Assembly (NCBI GenBank): GCA_934131695.1
Contig: CAKOZV010000005.1
Span: 372 to 64,371 of the forward strand
Length of the DNA stretch: 64,000 bases
Source: an uncultured Bacilli bacterium
GTDB taxonomy: Bacteria; Bacillota_I; Bacilli_A; RF39; UBA660
Direction: 5' to 3'
The notes below the pieces were generated by a model. The model had not been told where the DNA came from. It did not search any database and saw only the letters and a program-made list of their open reading frames with translations. Positions 26,967-37,646 of this stretch are shown piece after piece; the first letter of the stretch is position 1; each line of letters starts with the position of its first letter. The position numbers were made by a program, and so were the translations under genes.

Positions 26967-27794
26967 TTAATCATTTTTATTTCTAACAAATATCATTCTA
27001 TTTCGACCATACAAATCTTTTTTACAAGTAATTTCTACATCATATAGATATTTATTTACAATATCATAAATTTCTTCTTTTTGACTTTCTCCTATTTCAA
27101 AAGCTATTAGAAATTTATCATTTAAATATGGTTTAATATTGGCTAATATTTTTCTATAACAATCAAGACCATCTATTCCTCCATAAAGTGCTAAAGATGG
27201 TTCATTATCCCTTACTATTTCTTCTATTTCCTCATCAGTTCTTATATATGGTGGATTAGAAACAATAATATCATATTTCTCTAATTTTACATTAGAAAAC
27301 CAATCACTTTCGATAAATGTAACATCAAGATTAAGATTATTAGCATTTAATCTAGCTACCTCTAAAGCCTCTTTTGATATATCTACTAGTGTTAGTTCAC
27401 TATCTTTTAAGATACTTTTAAGAGTAAGACCAATTGCTCCACTACCACAACCTAAATCTAATATTTTAATTTTATCTTTATTTAAACCTCTAGCATATTC
27501 TACTACCTGTTCTACCAGCTCTTCTGTCTCAAATCGTGGTATCAATACATTTTTATTAACAATAAACTTAAGCCCATAGAAATTAACATTACCAATAACA
27601 TATTGAATAGGCTTATTTTCTTTTAAAGCTTCTAATGATGATTTATATAATTTTTCTATATCACTATCTACCTCTTTATCTAGAATGGTTAACAGTTCTA
27701 AAGGATTAACATCTAAATACGAAGAAAGTAGCATCTTAGCATGATCACTACTTGTCTTACCCTTACCATATACAATTAATTCTTCAACTGTCAT
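26967..27794 (-). CDS. prmC: Release factor glutamine N5-methyltransferase
   Basis: SAM motif ILDLGCGSGAIG and catalytic NPPY (SNPPYI). Stop/start junction with prfA. Confidence 0.9.
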   Translation of the reverse strand: MTVEELIVYGKGKTSSDHAKMLLSSYLDVNPLELLTILDKEVDSDIEKLYKSSLEALKENKPIQYVIGNVNFYGLKFIVNKNVLIPRFETEELVEQVVEYARGLNKDKIKILDLGCGSGAIGLTLKSILKDSELTLVDISKEALEVARLNANNLNLDVTFIESDWFSNVKLEKYDIIVSNPPYIRTDEEIEEIVRDNEPSLALYGGIDGLDCYRKILANIKPYLNDKFLIAFEIGESQKEEIYDIVNKYLYDVEITCKKDLYGRNRMIFVRNKND

Positions 27795-28855
27795 TATGCT
27801 TCTTCACCAGCTAATTTTCTTCTTTGATCTTCCATCGTCAAAGCATCTATTATCTCATCTAGTTGTCCATTCATTACTCTATCTAAACTATTAGTAGTAA
27901 AACCAATACGATGGTCTGTTACTCTATTTTGTGGATAGTTATAAGTTCTTATCTTCTCAGCTCTATCTCCTGTTCCAATCTTACTTCTTCTTTCACTACC
28001 AAGTTCTTGGTCATGTTTCTGTTGTTCTAAATCATAAAGTCTTGCTTTTAATACTTTCATAGCTTGTTCCTTATTTTGAATTTGACTTCTCTCATTTTGA
28101 CAAGTTACTACTGTATTAGTAGGTAAATGGGTAATTCTAACAGCACTATCTGTGGTATTTACTCCTTGACCACCACAACCTGATGATCTAAAGATATCAA
28201 TTCTTAAATCTTTTGGATCAATAGTAATATTAACATCTTCTGCTTCTGGCATTACTAAAACAGTGGCTGTAGAAGTTTGAATTCTTCCATTACTTTCTGT
28301 AACTGGTACTCTTTGTACTCTATGTGACCCACTTTCATACTTAAGTTTAGAGTAAGCACCTTGTCCTTTAATCATAAATTCTATTTGACTAAATCCACCA
28401 GCAGTTCCTTCAACAGCATTAATTATTTCTATCTTAAGTCCTATTTTTTCAGCATATCTTGAGTACATTCTAAACAAATCACCAGCAAAGATATTAGCCT
28501 CATCTCCACCAGCTGCTCCTCTTATTTCCATAATAACATTTTTAGAGTCATTAGGATCTTTCGGTATTAATAATATTTCTAGATTTTTTTCAATACTTTC
28601 TTTTTCTTCTTCTAGTTCTTTTAATTCATCTTTAGCTATTTCTTTTAGTTCATCATCATTTAACATTTCTTTAGTATCTATAATAGATTCTAATACTTTT
28701 TTATATTTCTTATATTCTGTTACTACTTCTTCTAAGTCTGCTATTTCTTTAGATATTTCTCTTGTTTTATTAATATTTTTTAAAACATCTTCACTCATTA
28801 ACTCTGTCTGTAATTGATTATATTTAGTAAGAGTAGCTTCTAATCTTTCTATCAT
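27794..28855 (-). CDS. prfA: Peptide chain release factor 1
   Basis: PAT-like tripeptide context (RIQTSTATV) and the GGQ motif (SSGCGGQGVNTTDSAVR). Confidence 0.97.
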   Translation of the reverse strand: MIERLEATLTKYNQLQTELMSEDVLKNINKTREISKEIADLEEVVTEYKKYKKVLESIIDTKEMLNDDELKEIAKDELKELEEEKESIEKNLEILLIPKDPNDSKNVIMEIRGAAGGDEANIFAGDLFRMYSRYAEKIGLKIEIINAVEGTAGGFSQIEFMIKGQGAYSKLKYESGSHRVQRVPVTESNGRIQTSTATVLVMPEAEDVNITIDPKDLRIDIFRSSGCGGQGVNTTDSAVRITHLPTNTVVTCQNERSQIQNKEQAMKVLKARLYDLEQQKHDQELGSERRSKIGTGDRAEKIRTYNYPQNRVTDHRIGFTTNSLDRVMNGQLDEIIDALTMEDQRRKLAGEEA

Positions 28856-28941
28856 CCAAACCAAGTCCTTTCTTTTTCTAAGTGTCGAGCTAATTATACC
28901 ATAGCTACAACATCTCTTGCAAATTATTTAAAGAAAAAGAA

Positions 28942-29388
28942 CTATTCATTCTCTAGTTCTTCTTCATCAACGACAACCAAGTCTTTTAAATCTTCATTAG
29001 GATCAACATAATCATCATCGTCATCTGCATCTCCTGAATCATAGTTATCTTCTTCCATATCATCAGTAATCATGTCATCCTTTATTTCCTCTGATTCTTC
29101 ATCATCATCTTCTTCATCTTCAATTTTAGCAATTTTATCAGATGTATGACGACTTCTTAAATCCCAACAACCATCTTCTAACATGATAAAACGTTTATCA
29201 GTAGTAAGCGATGTATAATAATCTCCTATTTTCTCTTCAAAAGTACTACTTGGAAGTTCTAACAAAGTTACAATGCTTTTAAAAAGCTCAGCAGTATTTT
29301 GCTTTCCTTGCTCCTCTAAAAGATAAAATGTGATGTCTTTATTTGACAATAATTCTAATTCTTCTTTTTTCATTTCTGACAACTTCAT
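28942..29388 (-). CDS. rpoE: RNA polymerase delta subunit
   Basis: 148 aa. N-terminal HARE-HTH-like domain (DKRFIMLEDGCWDLR) followed by a long Asp/Glu tail. Confidence 0.85.
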   Translation of the reverse strand: MKLSEMKKEELELLSNKDITFYLLEEQGKQNTAELFKSIVTLLELPSSTFEEKIGDYYTSLTTDKRFIMLEDGCWDLRSRHTSDKIAKIEDEEDDDEESEEIKDDMITDDMEEDNYDSGDADDDDDYVDPNEDLKDLVVVDEEELENE

Positions 29389-29498
29389 TTCTTTTCCTCC
29401 CGTATTAAAGTCTATTCAAAATGAATTTCTTCTTAATATTCAAATCATATAAACTTATATCATTTTTTATTAGCAATTGCAATACTTTTTTATATACT

Positions 29499-31244
29499 TT
29501 ACATTTTTTCAGGTATTTCAATTCCTAAAATAGTCAATAACTCTACATTTGTATCATATACATTTTTTGTTAAAAGTAACCAATTTTCTTGAATATTTTT
29601 ATCTTTTTCAGTTAAAACATGACATTTTTCATAGAATTTACTATAGGTACTAGTAAGTTGATATAAATAATCTGATATTACATTTAATTCTTTTGTATCA
29701 TATGCTTTATGTAATACTTTATTCTTAGCTAGTAATAATGTTATTAATTCTTTTTCTACTTCTTCACTAATTTTTGTATATTTACTATAATCTAAATTAT
29801 TTTCTTTTGCTTTCTTTAATAGTGATTTCATTCTTATAGTAGTATATAAAAGATATGGACCAGTTTTTCCTTCAACATCAACAAATTTTTTAGGATCAAA
29901 GATATAATCAGTTGTTCTATTTGATAATAAATCAGCATATTTAATAGCTGCTACTGCTATTTGTTCAATTATTTCATCTTTATTTTCTTCAGTTTCTAAG
30001 TTATGAGAATGATTTGCTACTTCTTCTTTTACTTCTTTTAAAAGGCTTTTTAAGGATAAAGCTCCGCCATCTCTTGTCTTAAATGGTTTACCATCTGGAC
30101 CATTCATTGTTCCAAATCCAAAGAATTCTAACTTAGTATCATCACTTACTATTTTAGTCTTATGAGCTGCTCTAAATACTTGTTCAAAATAAAGTCCTTG
30201 TCTTAAATCAGTTAAATACCACATTTCATCAGGATTAAAACGTTTAACTCTTGATACCATAGTTGCTAACTCACGAGTAGCATATAAAGTTGCTCCATTA
30301 CTCTTTACTACTACAAGGTCAGGCATAGGAGCTTTATCAGTATCTTCTTTTATTTCAATTATTTCTGCTCCTTCACTTTTCTTTAAGTAACCATCTTTTC
30401 TTAACTCTTCTAGCATAGGCATCATATAAGAATAACAGTCACTTTCACCTTCCCACAAGTCAAAGTCAGTATTAAACTTTTTATAAACTCCTTTAATATC
30501 TTCTATTGATAATTTTTTAATCTTATCCCATAATGCTACATAACTAGGTTTACCTTCTTCTAACTCTTTAGTAATAAGTCTTACCTCTTCCATGATGTTT
30601 TCATCTTCTTTAGCTTTAGTACTAGCTACTGGATATATTTCTTCTAAATCTTTAGCTGTTATTGGTAACTCATCCCAACTATCACTTTCTTCTTCTGTAA
30701 AATAATTAAGATTAGGATATCTATTTCTCAACTCATAAATAACCATTCCAGACTGTCTACCAATATCCCCAAAATGAACATCACAGATAACCTCTTGACC
30801 AAGTCTCTTAGTTAATCTTTTTAAAGCTTCCCCAATATTAGCACTTCTTAAATGACCAACATGAAGCGTCTTAGCAATATTAGCTCCACCATAATCTAAA
30901 AATATTTTTTTATTAACTAACTTATCAACATCTTTAGAGTCACTATTATAATAATCGTTTACAAATTCTACTAACAACTCATCTTTTAAGGTAACATTAA
31001 GAAATCCAACTGCTGCTATTTCTACTTTAGAAAAATAATTACTTTCTTCTAAAACTTTCTTCATATCTTCAGCAATAAGCATTGGATTCTTATGTAATAC
31101 TTTAGCAAGACTCATTGCATCATTTAACTGATAATCTCCCAAATCTTTACGTTTACTTTCTAATAAAGTTACTTTTTCTATCGGAATAGATGCTTCATTC
31201 ATCTTCTTTGTTAAATCTTCTTCTATTGTTTTTAATAAACTCAT
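29499..31244 (-). CDS. argS: Arginine--tRNA ligase
   Basis: 581 aa. HIGH-type motif (NIAKTLHVGHLRS) and C-terminal anticodon-binding DALR domain. Confidence 0.95.
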   Translation of the reverse strand: MSLLKTIEEDLTKKMNEASIPIEKVTLLESKRKDLGDYQLNDAMSLAKVLHKNPMLIAEDMKKVLEESNYFSKVEIAAVGFLNVTLKDELLVEFVNDYYNSDSKDVDKLVNKKIFLDYGGANIAKTLHVGHLRSANIGEALKRLTKRLGQEVICDVHFGDIGRQSGMVIYELRNRYPNLNYFTEEESDSWDELPITAKDLEEIYPVASTKAKEDENIMEEVRLITKELEEGKPSYVALWDKIKKLSIEDIKGVYKKFNTDFDLWEGESDCYSYMMPMLEELRKDGYLKKSEGAEIIEIKEDTDKAPMPDLVVVKSNGATLYATRELATMVSRVKRFNPDEMWYLTDLRQGLYFEQVFRAAHKTKIVSDDTKLEFFGFGTMNGPDGKPFKTRDGGALSLKSLLKEVKEEVANHSHNLETEENKDEIIEQIAVAAIKYADLLSNRTTDYIFDPKKFVDVEGKTGPYLLYTTIRMKSLLKKAKENNLDYSKYTKISEEVEKELITLLLAKNKVLHKAYDTKELNVISDYLYQLTSTYSKFYEKCHVLTEKDKNIQENWLLLTKNVYDTNVELLTILGIEIPEKM

Positions 31245-31245
31245 A

Positions 31246-31605
31246 TTAAACCTCCCACTCTATACTATATTCATGATCAAAATCATTTCCATCAATTCTA
31301 TATATTACTAAAAAGGAATTAACTCCTTCTTTTATTTGTTTAGTCTTCATTCCTACTGTTCCACACTGCTTTGTATCTTTAAGATATATCTCAAAGGAAT
31401 TATCTACATTCTCTAAAAATTTATAACTAAGAATGGCGTCTTCTGTCTCTCTTAACAATATTTTATCTTTTAAATATATTGTTAATAATGCATGTTCATC
31501 CTGATATTGAATTACTTGTTTTTTCTTATCAAAATCTGCTTTTCCTTCAAAGGTTAAAACATCATCATTAGTTCTTAACTTAGCAATTACTTTAACTTCT
31601 TCCAT
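31246..31605 (-). CDS. DUF1934 (YwiB-like) beta-barrel protein
   Basis: 119 aa. Sits immediately upstream of argS with a 1-nt gap, the conserved Firmicute ywiB-argS pairing. Confidence 0.65.
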   Translation of the reverse strand: MEEVKVIAKLRTNDDVLTFEGKADFDKKKQVIQYQDEHALLTIYLKDKILLRETEDAILSYKFLENVDNSFEIYLKDTKQCGTVGMKTKQIKEGVNSFLVIYRIDGNDFDHEYSIEWEV

Positions 31606-31710
31606 ATTGTTTCCCTTTCATTCAGGTAATATTATAGCAACGAATTAAATTTCTTACAAGATTATTGTTATTTTTAAAGAGATTGGACAAGCTAAATGTA
31701 GGTGATTTAA

Positions 31711-33672
31711 ATGAAATTTATAAAAAAACTTACTAAATTTAGTATACTTCTTATTTTATTATTTATTATTTTTAATGTTTGTGCTTACTCATATGCTTAT
31801 TTATCACCGAAACTACAAATCAAAAGTGCTAATAAGTTTATGCTTTTTGATGAAAATAATGAACTTTTCTTTCAAGGTAGTGGCGATAGTAAATGGGTAA
31901 GTCTTGATAACATTTCTGATAAAGTAATTAAAACAACAATTGCTACTGAGGATAAAAATTTCTATCGTCATAAAGGTTTTGATTATTTAAGAATTATGAA
32001 AGCTATGTATGTTAATATTTTATCTAGAAATAGAAGTCAAGGTGCTAGTACAATAACCCAACAATATGCTAAAAATTTATTCCTAGACTTTTCTAAAACC
32101 TGGAAAAGAAAATGGGATGAGATGTGGTACACTATTGAGATAGAATCACATTATAAAAAGAAGGATATATTAGAAGGCTATTTAAATACAATTAATTATG
32201 GTCATGGTATGTATGGAATAGAAAATGCTAGTCAGTTTTATTTTGGAAAGAAAGCTAAAGACTTAGACCTTGCAGAAGCAGCTATTTTAACAGGTATTCC
32301 TAAGTCTCCTAGTAATTATTCACCATTAGTTAATTATAAAAAGGCTAAAGCTAGACAAGAATTAATCTTAAAAAATTTATTAAAGGAAAAGAAGATAACC
32401 ACTGATGAATATAATGAAGCTGTTAAAGAAAAATTAACTTTCGTTGGAGAAAAAGAAAAAGAGGAATTATCTACTGTAATGTATTATCAAGATGCAGTTA
32501 TGAATGAGTTAAAGTCTCTTAAAGAAATTCCTAGTACTTTTTTAGAAACTGGGGGATTAAAAATCTATACTAGTCTTAATCTTAAGAGTCAAAAAGAGTT
32601 AGAAACTAACGTAAAAGAGGTATTAAAAGATAACGAATTAGAAACCGCCGCTGTCTTAATGGACCCTAATACAGGTGGTGTAAAAGCACTAGTCGGAGGA
32701 AAAGACTATAATAAATCTGAATATAATAGAGCTATATCTGCTAAAAGACAAGTAGGTTCTACTATGAAACCTTTCCTCTACTATGCAGCTTTAGAAAATG
32801 GTTTTACTGCGTCTACTACTTTTACTAGCGAACAAACAACTTTTACTTTTTCCAATAAAGATACTTACTCTCCTAAAAACTATAATGAAAAGTATGGAAA
32901 TAAGCCTATATCTATGGCTACTGCTATTTCTTATTCAGAAAATATATATGCTGTTAAAACACACTTATTCTTAGGTGAAGATACATTAATTAACATGGCT
33001 AAAAGAGTAGGAATTACTTCTAAACTTGATAAAGTCCCATCTCTTGCTCTTGGTACTAGTGAAATATCAATGCTAGAAATGGCTGGTGGGTATGCTACTT
33101 TTGCTAATGAAGGTTATAAGATAAAGCCTCATTTCATTGAAAAAGTTGTAGACCAAGAAGGTAATATTTTATATGAAGCTGATAATAAAAAGGAATTAGT
33201 TTTAAACTCTAGTCTAACTTTTATTCTAAGCAACTTACTAACTGCTACTTATGATTCTGCTTTTATCGATTATAATTATCCTACAGCTATTAATCTAGCA
33301 TCAAAAATGACTCATACTTATGCTTTAAAAAGTGGTACTACTAATACTGATAACTGGTATATCGGTTATAACAAGGACGTAGTCGCTCTAGTATGGTGTG
33401 GTTATGATGATAATAGAGATTTAGAACCTAAAGAATATAAGTATGCTCAGAATATCTGGATTAAATCAATTGAAGACTACATGCAAGGAAAAGAAGATAA
33501 CTGGTACAAACCTAAAGATAATGTTGTAGGTCTCTTAGTTAATCCTATCACTGGAAAACCAGCTACAGAAAATGATACAAAGACTAAGATGATGTATTAT
33601 ATTAAAGGAACTGAACCTACAATGACAGACCCTGTCTTTGACGAATTATTAACAGATAATAAAGAAACTTAA
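31711..33672 (+). CDS. Bifunctional class A penicillin-binding protein (glycosyltransferase + transpeptidase)
   Basis: GT51 motifs ATEDKNFYRHKGFD and GASTITQQ. Transpeptidase motifs STMKP (SxxK), SEN and KSGTT. N-terminal signal anchor. Confidence 0.9.
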   Translation: MKFIKKLTKFSILLILLFIIFNVCAYSYAYLSPKLQIKSANKFMLFDENNELFFQGSGDSKWVSLDNISDKVIKTTIATEDKNFYRHKGFDYLRIMKAMYVNILSRNRSQGASTITQQYAKNLFLDFSKTWKRKWDEMWYTIEIESHYKKKDILEGYLNTINYGHGMYGIENASQFYFGKKAKDLDLAEAAILTGIPKSPSNYSPLVNYKKAKARQELILKNLLKEKKITTDEYNEAVKEKLTFVGEKEKEELSTVMYYQDAVMNELKSLKEIPSTFLETGGLKIYTSLNLKSQKELETNVKEVLKDNELETAAVLMDPNTGGVKALVGGKDYNKSEYNRAISAKRQVGSTMKPFLYYAALENGFTASTTFTSEQTTFTFSNKDTYSPKNYNEKYGNKPISMATAISYSENIYAVKTHLFLGEDTLINMAKRVGITSKLDKVPSLALGTSEISMLEMAGGYATFANEGYKIKPHFIEKVVDQEGNILYEADNKKELVLNSSLTFILSNLLTATYDSAFIDYNYPTAINLASKMTHTYALKSGTTNTDNWYIGYNKDVVALVWCGYDDNRDLEPKEYKYAQNIWIKSIEDYMQGKEDNWYKPKDNVVGLLVNPITGKPATENDTKTKMMYYIKGTEPTMTDPVFDELLTDNKET

Positions 33673-33729
33673 GGAAGACAATTGTAATCTTCTTTTTTCT
33701 TTGATATAATCCATTTAGGATGTGATAAG

Positions 33730-34245
33730 ATGATATATTTAATAATAGGATTAGTACTTTTAGTTATTTTATTATTAGTGATAAATTTCTTATATTATAA
33801 AAATAAATTTAATTTTTACTTTCTAAAGATAGAAGAAGCTAATAACAATATTGAATTAATCCTTGAAAAGAAAATAGAAATACTTTTAAAGATTGCTAAG
33901 ATTATTGATAAAGATATGGAAAAAGAATTAGAAGAATTTAAGAAAAAAGAGATAAGTAAACATCAATGTTATGTTGAGTTAAGTTCACTTGGTAACAAGC
34001 TATTAAAAGAAGCTGATGCTGAAGAATATGAGGCTAATAAGAAGATTAGCAATTTAATCGAGCGATTTGATGATAATGAATGTGACTTAAAAGGGAGTCT
34101 AAAATATTATAATGATAATGCTGTAGAAATTAATAACTATATTCATAAATTTCCTAGTAATATTGTAAGTTTATTCTCTCATTTTAAAGAGTTAGATATT
34201 TATAAGATAGAAAAAAGAGAATCTTTTGCTATTCTCTCTAAGTAG
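33730..34245 (+). CDS. LemA-family membrane protein
   Basis: N-terminal TM and a coiled middle region. The C-terminal YNDNAVEINNYIHKFPSNIV matches the LemA YN..v..yN..i..FPsnivA signature. Confidence 0.7.
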   Translation: MIYLIIGLVLLVILLLVINFLYYKNKFNFYFLKIEEANNNIELILEKKIEILLKIAKIIDKDMEKELEEFKKKEISKHQCYVELSSLGNKLLKEADAEEYEANKKISNLIERFDDNECDLKGSLKYYNDNAVEINNYIHKFPSNIVSLFSHFKELDIYKIEKRESFAILSK

Positions 34246-34247
34246 AC

Positions 34248-34919
34248 CTAAAGGTCTTTTTCTATGTTCCAATCTATTGGTTTTATTCCATTAGCTACTA
34301 AAAATTCATTAGTCTTAGAAAATGGTCTGCTACCAAAGAAACCATTATATGCCGAAAATGGTGATGGATGAGCAGATTCTAGAACTAAATGTTTAGGATT
34401 AGTTATTAATACTTTTTTTGCTCTAGCATAATTACCCCAAAAAATGAAGACAACTGGTTCTTCTTTTTTATTTACCTCTTCAATAACTTTATCTGTAAAC
34501 TCTTCCCAGCCATGACGACTATGAGATGCTGCCCTATCTTTCTCAACAGTTAAAACACTATTTAATAACAACACTCCCTCCTTAGTCCAAGGTAGTAAAC
34601 TATTTTTTTCTGGAAAAGGTATTCCTAAGTCACTTTCTAATTCTTTAAAGATATTAACTAAACTTGGTGGTTTCCTTAACCCATCTCTTACTGAGAAAGA
34701 AAGTCCTTGAGCCTGATTAACTCCATGATAAGGATCTTGTCCTAATATTACTACTTTTGTATCTTTATAAGCTGTATTTCTAAAAGCATTAAATATTTCA
34801 TTTTTCTTTGGATATATTTCTTTTTGATGATATTCATCATCCACAAATTTTAATAATTCTTGAAAATATGGTTTACCATACTCTTTCTTTAAATGTTCAT
34901 CCCAATCATTACCTATCAT
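34248..34919 (-). CDS. ung: Uracil-DNA glycosylase
   Basis: Motifs VVILGQDPYH, GVLLLN and HPSPFSA. ATG 34919 is preceded by AGAGGTG. Confidence 0.95.
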   Translation of the reverse strand: MIGNDWDEHLKKEYGKPYFQELLKFVDDEYHQKEIYPKKNEIFNAFRNTAYKDTKVVILGQDPYHGVNQAQGLSFSVRDGLRKPPSLVNIFKELESDLGIPFPEKNSLLPWTKEGVLLLNSVLTVEKDRAASHSRHGWEEFTDKVIEEVNKKEEPVVFIFWGNYARAKKVLITNPKHLVLESAHPSPFSAYNGFFGSRPFSKTNEFLVANGIKPIDWNIEKDL

Positions 34920-34929
34920 TATTACACCT

Positions 34930-35385
34930 CTACTTATGATACTTTTCATTATTTCTTATTTTATATGTTCGATATAGTTGTTCTAAGAACATTACTCTAA
35001 ATAATTGATGAGGAAATGTTAACTTAGAAAAAGACCATCTTTCTTTAGCTAGTGAATAAATATCCTCATGGAATCCATTACTACCACCAATAATAAATGT
35101 TATATTACTATTATTCATTTCTCTTTCTGCTAATAAGTTAGCCATCTCTATTGATGTCATTTCTTTTCCCTTAACATCTAGTAAAATAATATAGTCTTTA
35201 AGAGTAAGATGTTTCATTATCGCTTCTTTTTCTATCTTTAATGATTTCTCTATTTCCTCAATTCCACAATCTGCTACTTCTATAATATTTAGTTTCGTAT
35301 ATTTACTTAATCTTTTTGCATATTCTTTAATAGCATCAGTAAAGTATTTTTCTTTTACTTTACCAACAACAACTAACTTTATCAT
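34930..35385 (-). CDS. rlmH: 23S rRNA (pseudouridine1915-N3)-methyltransferase
   Basis: 151 aa SPOUT protein. FIIGGSNGF and LSFSKLTFPHQLFRVMFLEQLYR match RlmH. Confidence 0.9.
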   Translation of the reverse strand: MIKLVVVGKVKEKYFTDAIKEYAKRLSKYTKLNIIEVADCGIEEIEKSLKIEKEAIMKHLTLKDYIILLDVKGKEMTSIEMANLLAEREMNNSNITFIIGGSNGFHEDIYSLAKERWSFSKLTFPHQLFRVMFLEQLYRTYKIRNNEKYHK

Positions 35386-36146
35386 TAAACTTCCACTACC
35401 TCTCCTAACTCTTCTTGTGATGCCACTACTATTTTAGGACTATAAGTTGTATTTGCTAATGCTTCTTTAGTAGTCTCTAATGCCAACTCTTTAGTATTAT
35501 TTGTCTCACTTATATGAGCTAAAATAATATACTTAGTATTAGAACCAATAAACTTTTCTAAATAACTAGCCGTCGCTCCATTAGATAGATGTCCTTTATC
35601 ACTTAATATTCTTTGTTTTAAATAATGTGGATAAGGTCCTGTCAAAAGCATCTGCTCATCATGATTACTTTCTATATAATAGATTTCTCTATTAGATAAT
35701 AAATCATAATACTTTTCATTAATATAACCAGTATCAGTAATATAAACTAGACTACTAGAAGTATTACTTATTAGGAAACCAACTGAACCAGGAGCATCAT
35801 GTGATGTATGTACTAAATCTATAGTTGCATCCTTAAGATGCATTTTATCACTATATAATTCTATCTTTTCTTTAGGTAATATTTCTTTTAATTCTTTATA
35901 CATTTCTTCTCTTATATAAACTGGTATATTATTATGTTTTACAAAGACTTTTAATCCTTTGATATGGTCAGAATGAGTATGAGTAATAAGTAAAGCATCT
36001 ATATCATCAATACTTTTACCAATCTCTTCTAATCTTTCTAATAAATGTCTATAAGTAATTCCTATATCAATAAGAAAGCGAGTATTTCCTACTTCTATAT
36101 AAGAAGTATTTCCTTTGGAACCACTCGCTAGTGTTATTATTTTCAT
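35385..36146 (-). CDS. MBL-fold metallo-hydrolase, YycJ/WalJ-like
   Basis: LASGSKGNTSYIE and HTHSDHIKG metallo-beta-lactamase motifs. Same position relative to rlmH/dnaB as B. subtilis yycJ, but no walRK in the window. Confidence 0.8.
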   Translation of the reverse strand: MKIITLASGSKGNTSYIEVGNTRFLIDIGITYRHLLERLEEIGKSIDDIDALLITHTHSDHIKGLKVFVKHNNIPVYIREEMYKELKEILPKEKIELYSDKMHLKDATIDLVHTSHDAPGSVGFLISNTSSSLVYITDTGYINEKYYDLLSNREIYYIESNHDEQMLLTGPYPHYLKQRILSDKGHLSNGATASYLEKFIGSNTKYIILAHISETNNTKELALETTKEALANTTYSPKIVVASQEELGEVVEV

Positions 36147-37645
36147 TAGAATAAACTAAGTGGTTGTAATGATGTTGATCCTCTTCGGTAAGGAAATCCC
36201 CTGAAAAGTCCAAAGTGTAAATGTGTTCCTGTTGCAAAACCACTTTTTCCCATTGCTCCAATTTGTTGACCAATAGAAACATTTTCTCCTACTTTTACAT
36301 ATCGTGCTGATAAATGGGCATACATTGTATAGTAACCATTATTATGATTAATTACTACAAATTGACCATTATCATATTTAGAACTAGATTGTACTACTAC
36401 TCCATTATTAGCTGCATAAATAGGTGAACCATATCCACCACCTATATCTACTCCATCATGTAATACTCCCCAACGATAACCATAAGGACTATTAATAGTA
36501 TATGGTGTTGCTGTAGGCCACTTCCAATAACCCTCTACTTTAGTTGTACCTGTTATATCTATGCCAGATGAATAAGAATTTTGTTTTTTACCTTTAACTA
36601 TTATTTCTTTAACTGGTTCTTTTAGTCTTTCAGTAGCACTTTCATTAATTACAGAGCTTTCTATTTGCCCATTAACTTTTTGGATCTTACTAGTAACTCT
36701 TTGAAGACCATTTTCTCCTTTTTGAGTAACTTCTTCCGTTCCAGCCATCTTATTTTCATCATACTTAACTTCTGTATCGTATTTTATCTCTTGATCAAAA
36801 ACTGTATGATCAACTTCTACTAATCTAAATTGTGGCTTAATAATATTAATAGTTACTTGTTGTCCAGTAAACAATAGACTGTTTTCATCTTTAAATGATG
36901 GGTTTGCAATTAAAAATTCCTTATCAGATAGTTTATTATTAAAAGCTATATCAGTAATAGTATCTCCATCTTGAACAGTATACTTTTGATATTCATCTAA
37001 AGTACCAAATAATAAATACTTACTTAAATCATCAACGTTTTCATAAATTGTCTTATCAACAGGTACTTTAGTATTCTTAACTGATATTTTATTATCTATA
37101 TAAACATTTTCTATTATAGTACCTGTATCTTTAATTTCTTTTTGTTTATTGTTTAGATATTTTTCATAATCATCATTATTAACAAATGATCTAATAGTTT
37201 TATCCATAGCCTTTGTAAAAACATATTTATCTAAAACATAAATCGTCTGGTCTACTCCTTTTACTTTTTCTCCTTGTTCATTAACTGTATCTATCCCTTT
37301 AATCTTAATAGCATAACCATTAATAGTAAAAGATTCTAAGTCTGCTAATTTATCATATATTTGTTTAGTAGTAGAAATCCTTTCTTGATAAGTTATTTCC
37401 TTTTCTATTTTTAAATCTTCTGGAGCATAAACTTTATCTACTTTATATTTCTTTTTAATCTTTTCTTGTTCTTTATCTATATATTGCTCTAAATCTTCTT
37501 TATCTTCTATTAATCCTAGTGACTTTCCTTTTAGATAAACTCTATATACTTCTTGTGGTTCTTTAGCTTTAGATGTAGGACAAAAGAAAACTAATAAAAA
37601 ACTTATAACTAGTGCAAAACTTATAACTAATATCTTTTTCCCCAT
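36146..37645 (-). CDS. Secreted M23 peptidase with LysM-like and G5-like modules
   Basis: Signal peptide; LysM-like YTVQDGDTITDIAFNN; intact M23 motifs HDGVDIGG and GTHLHFGLF. Confidence 0.75.
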   Translation of the reverse strand: MGKKILVISFALVISFLLVFFCPTSKAKEPQEVYRVYLKGKSLGLIEDKEDLEQYIDKEQEKIKKKYKVDKVYAPEDLKIEKEITYQERISTTKQIYDKLADLESFTINGYAIKIKGIDTVNEQGEKVKGVDQTIYVLDKYVFTKAMDKTIRSFVNNDDYEKYLNNKQKEIKDTGTIIENVYIDNKISVKNTKVPVDKTIYENVDDLSKYLLFGTLDEYQKYTVQDGDTITDIAFNNKLSDKEFLIANPSFKDENSLLFTGQQVTINIIKPQFRLVEVDHTVFDQEIKYDTEVKYDENKMAGTEEVTQKGENGLQRVTSKIQKVNGQIESSVINESATERLKEPVKEIIVKGKKQNSYSSGIDITGTTKVEGYWKWPTATPYTINSPYGYRWGVLHDGVDIGGGYGSPIYAANNGVVVQSSSKYDNGQFVVINHNNGYYTMYAHLSARYVKVGENVSIGQQIGAMGKSGFATGTHLHFGLFRGFPYRRGSTSLQPLSLF

Positions 37646-37646
37646 T

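Noticed and set aside
36067-36282. 71-aa ORF spanning the M23 peptidase/yycJ junction
   Set aside because: It is an out-of-frame overlap of two well-supported genes on the same strand, and there is no independent support.
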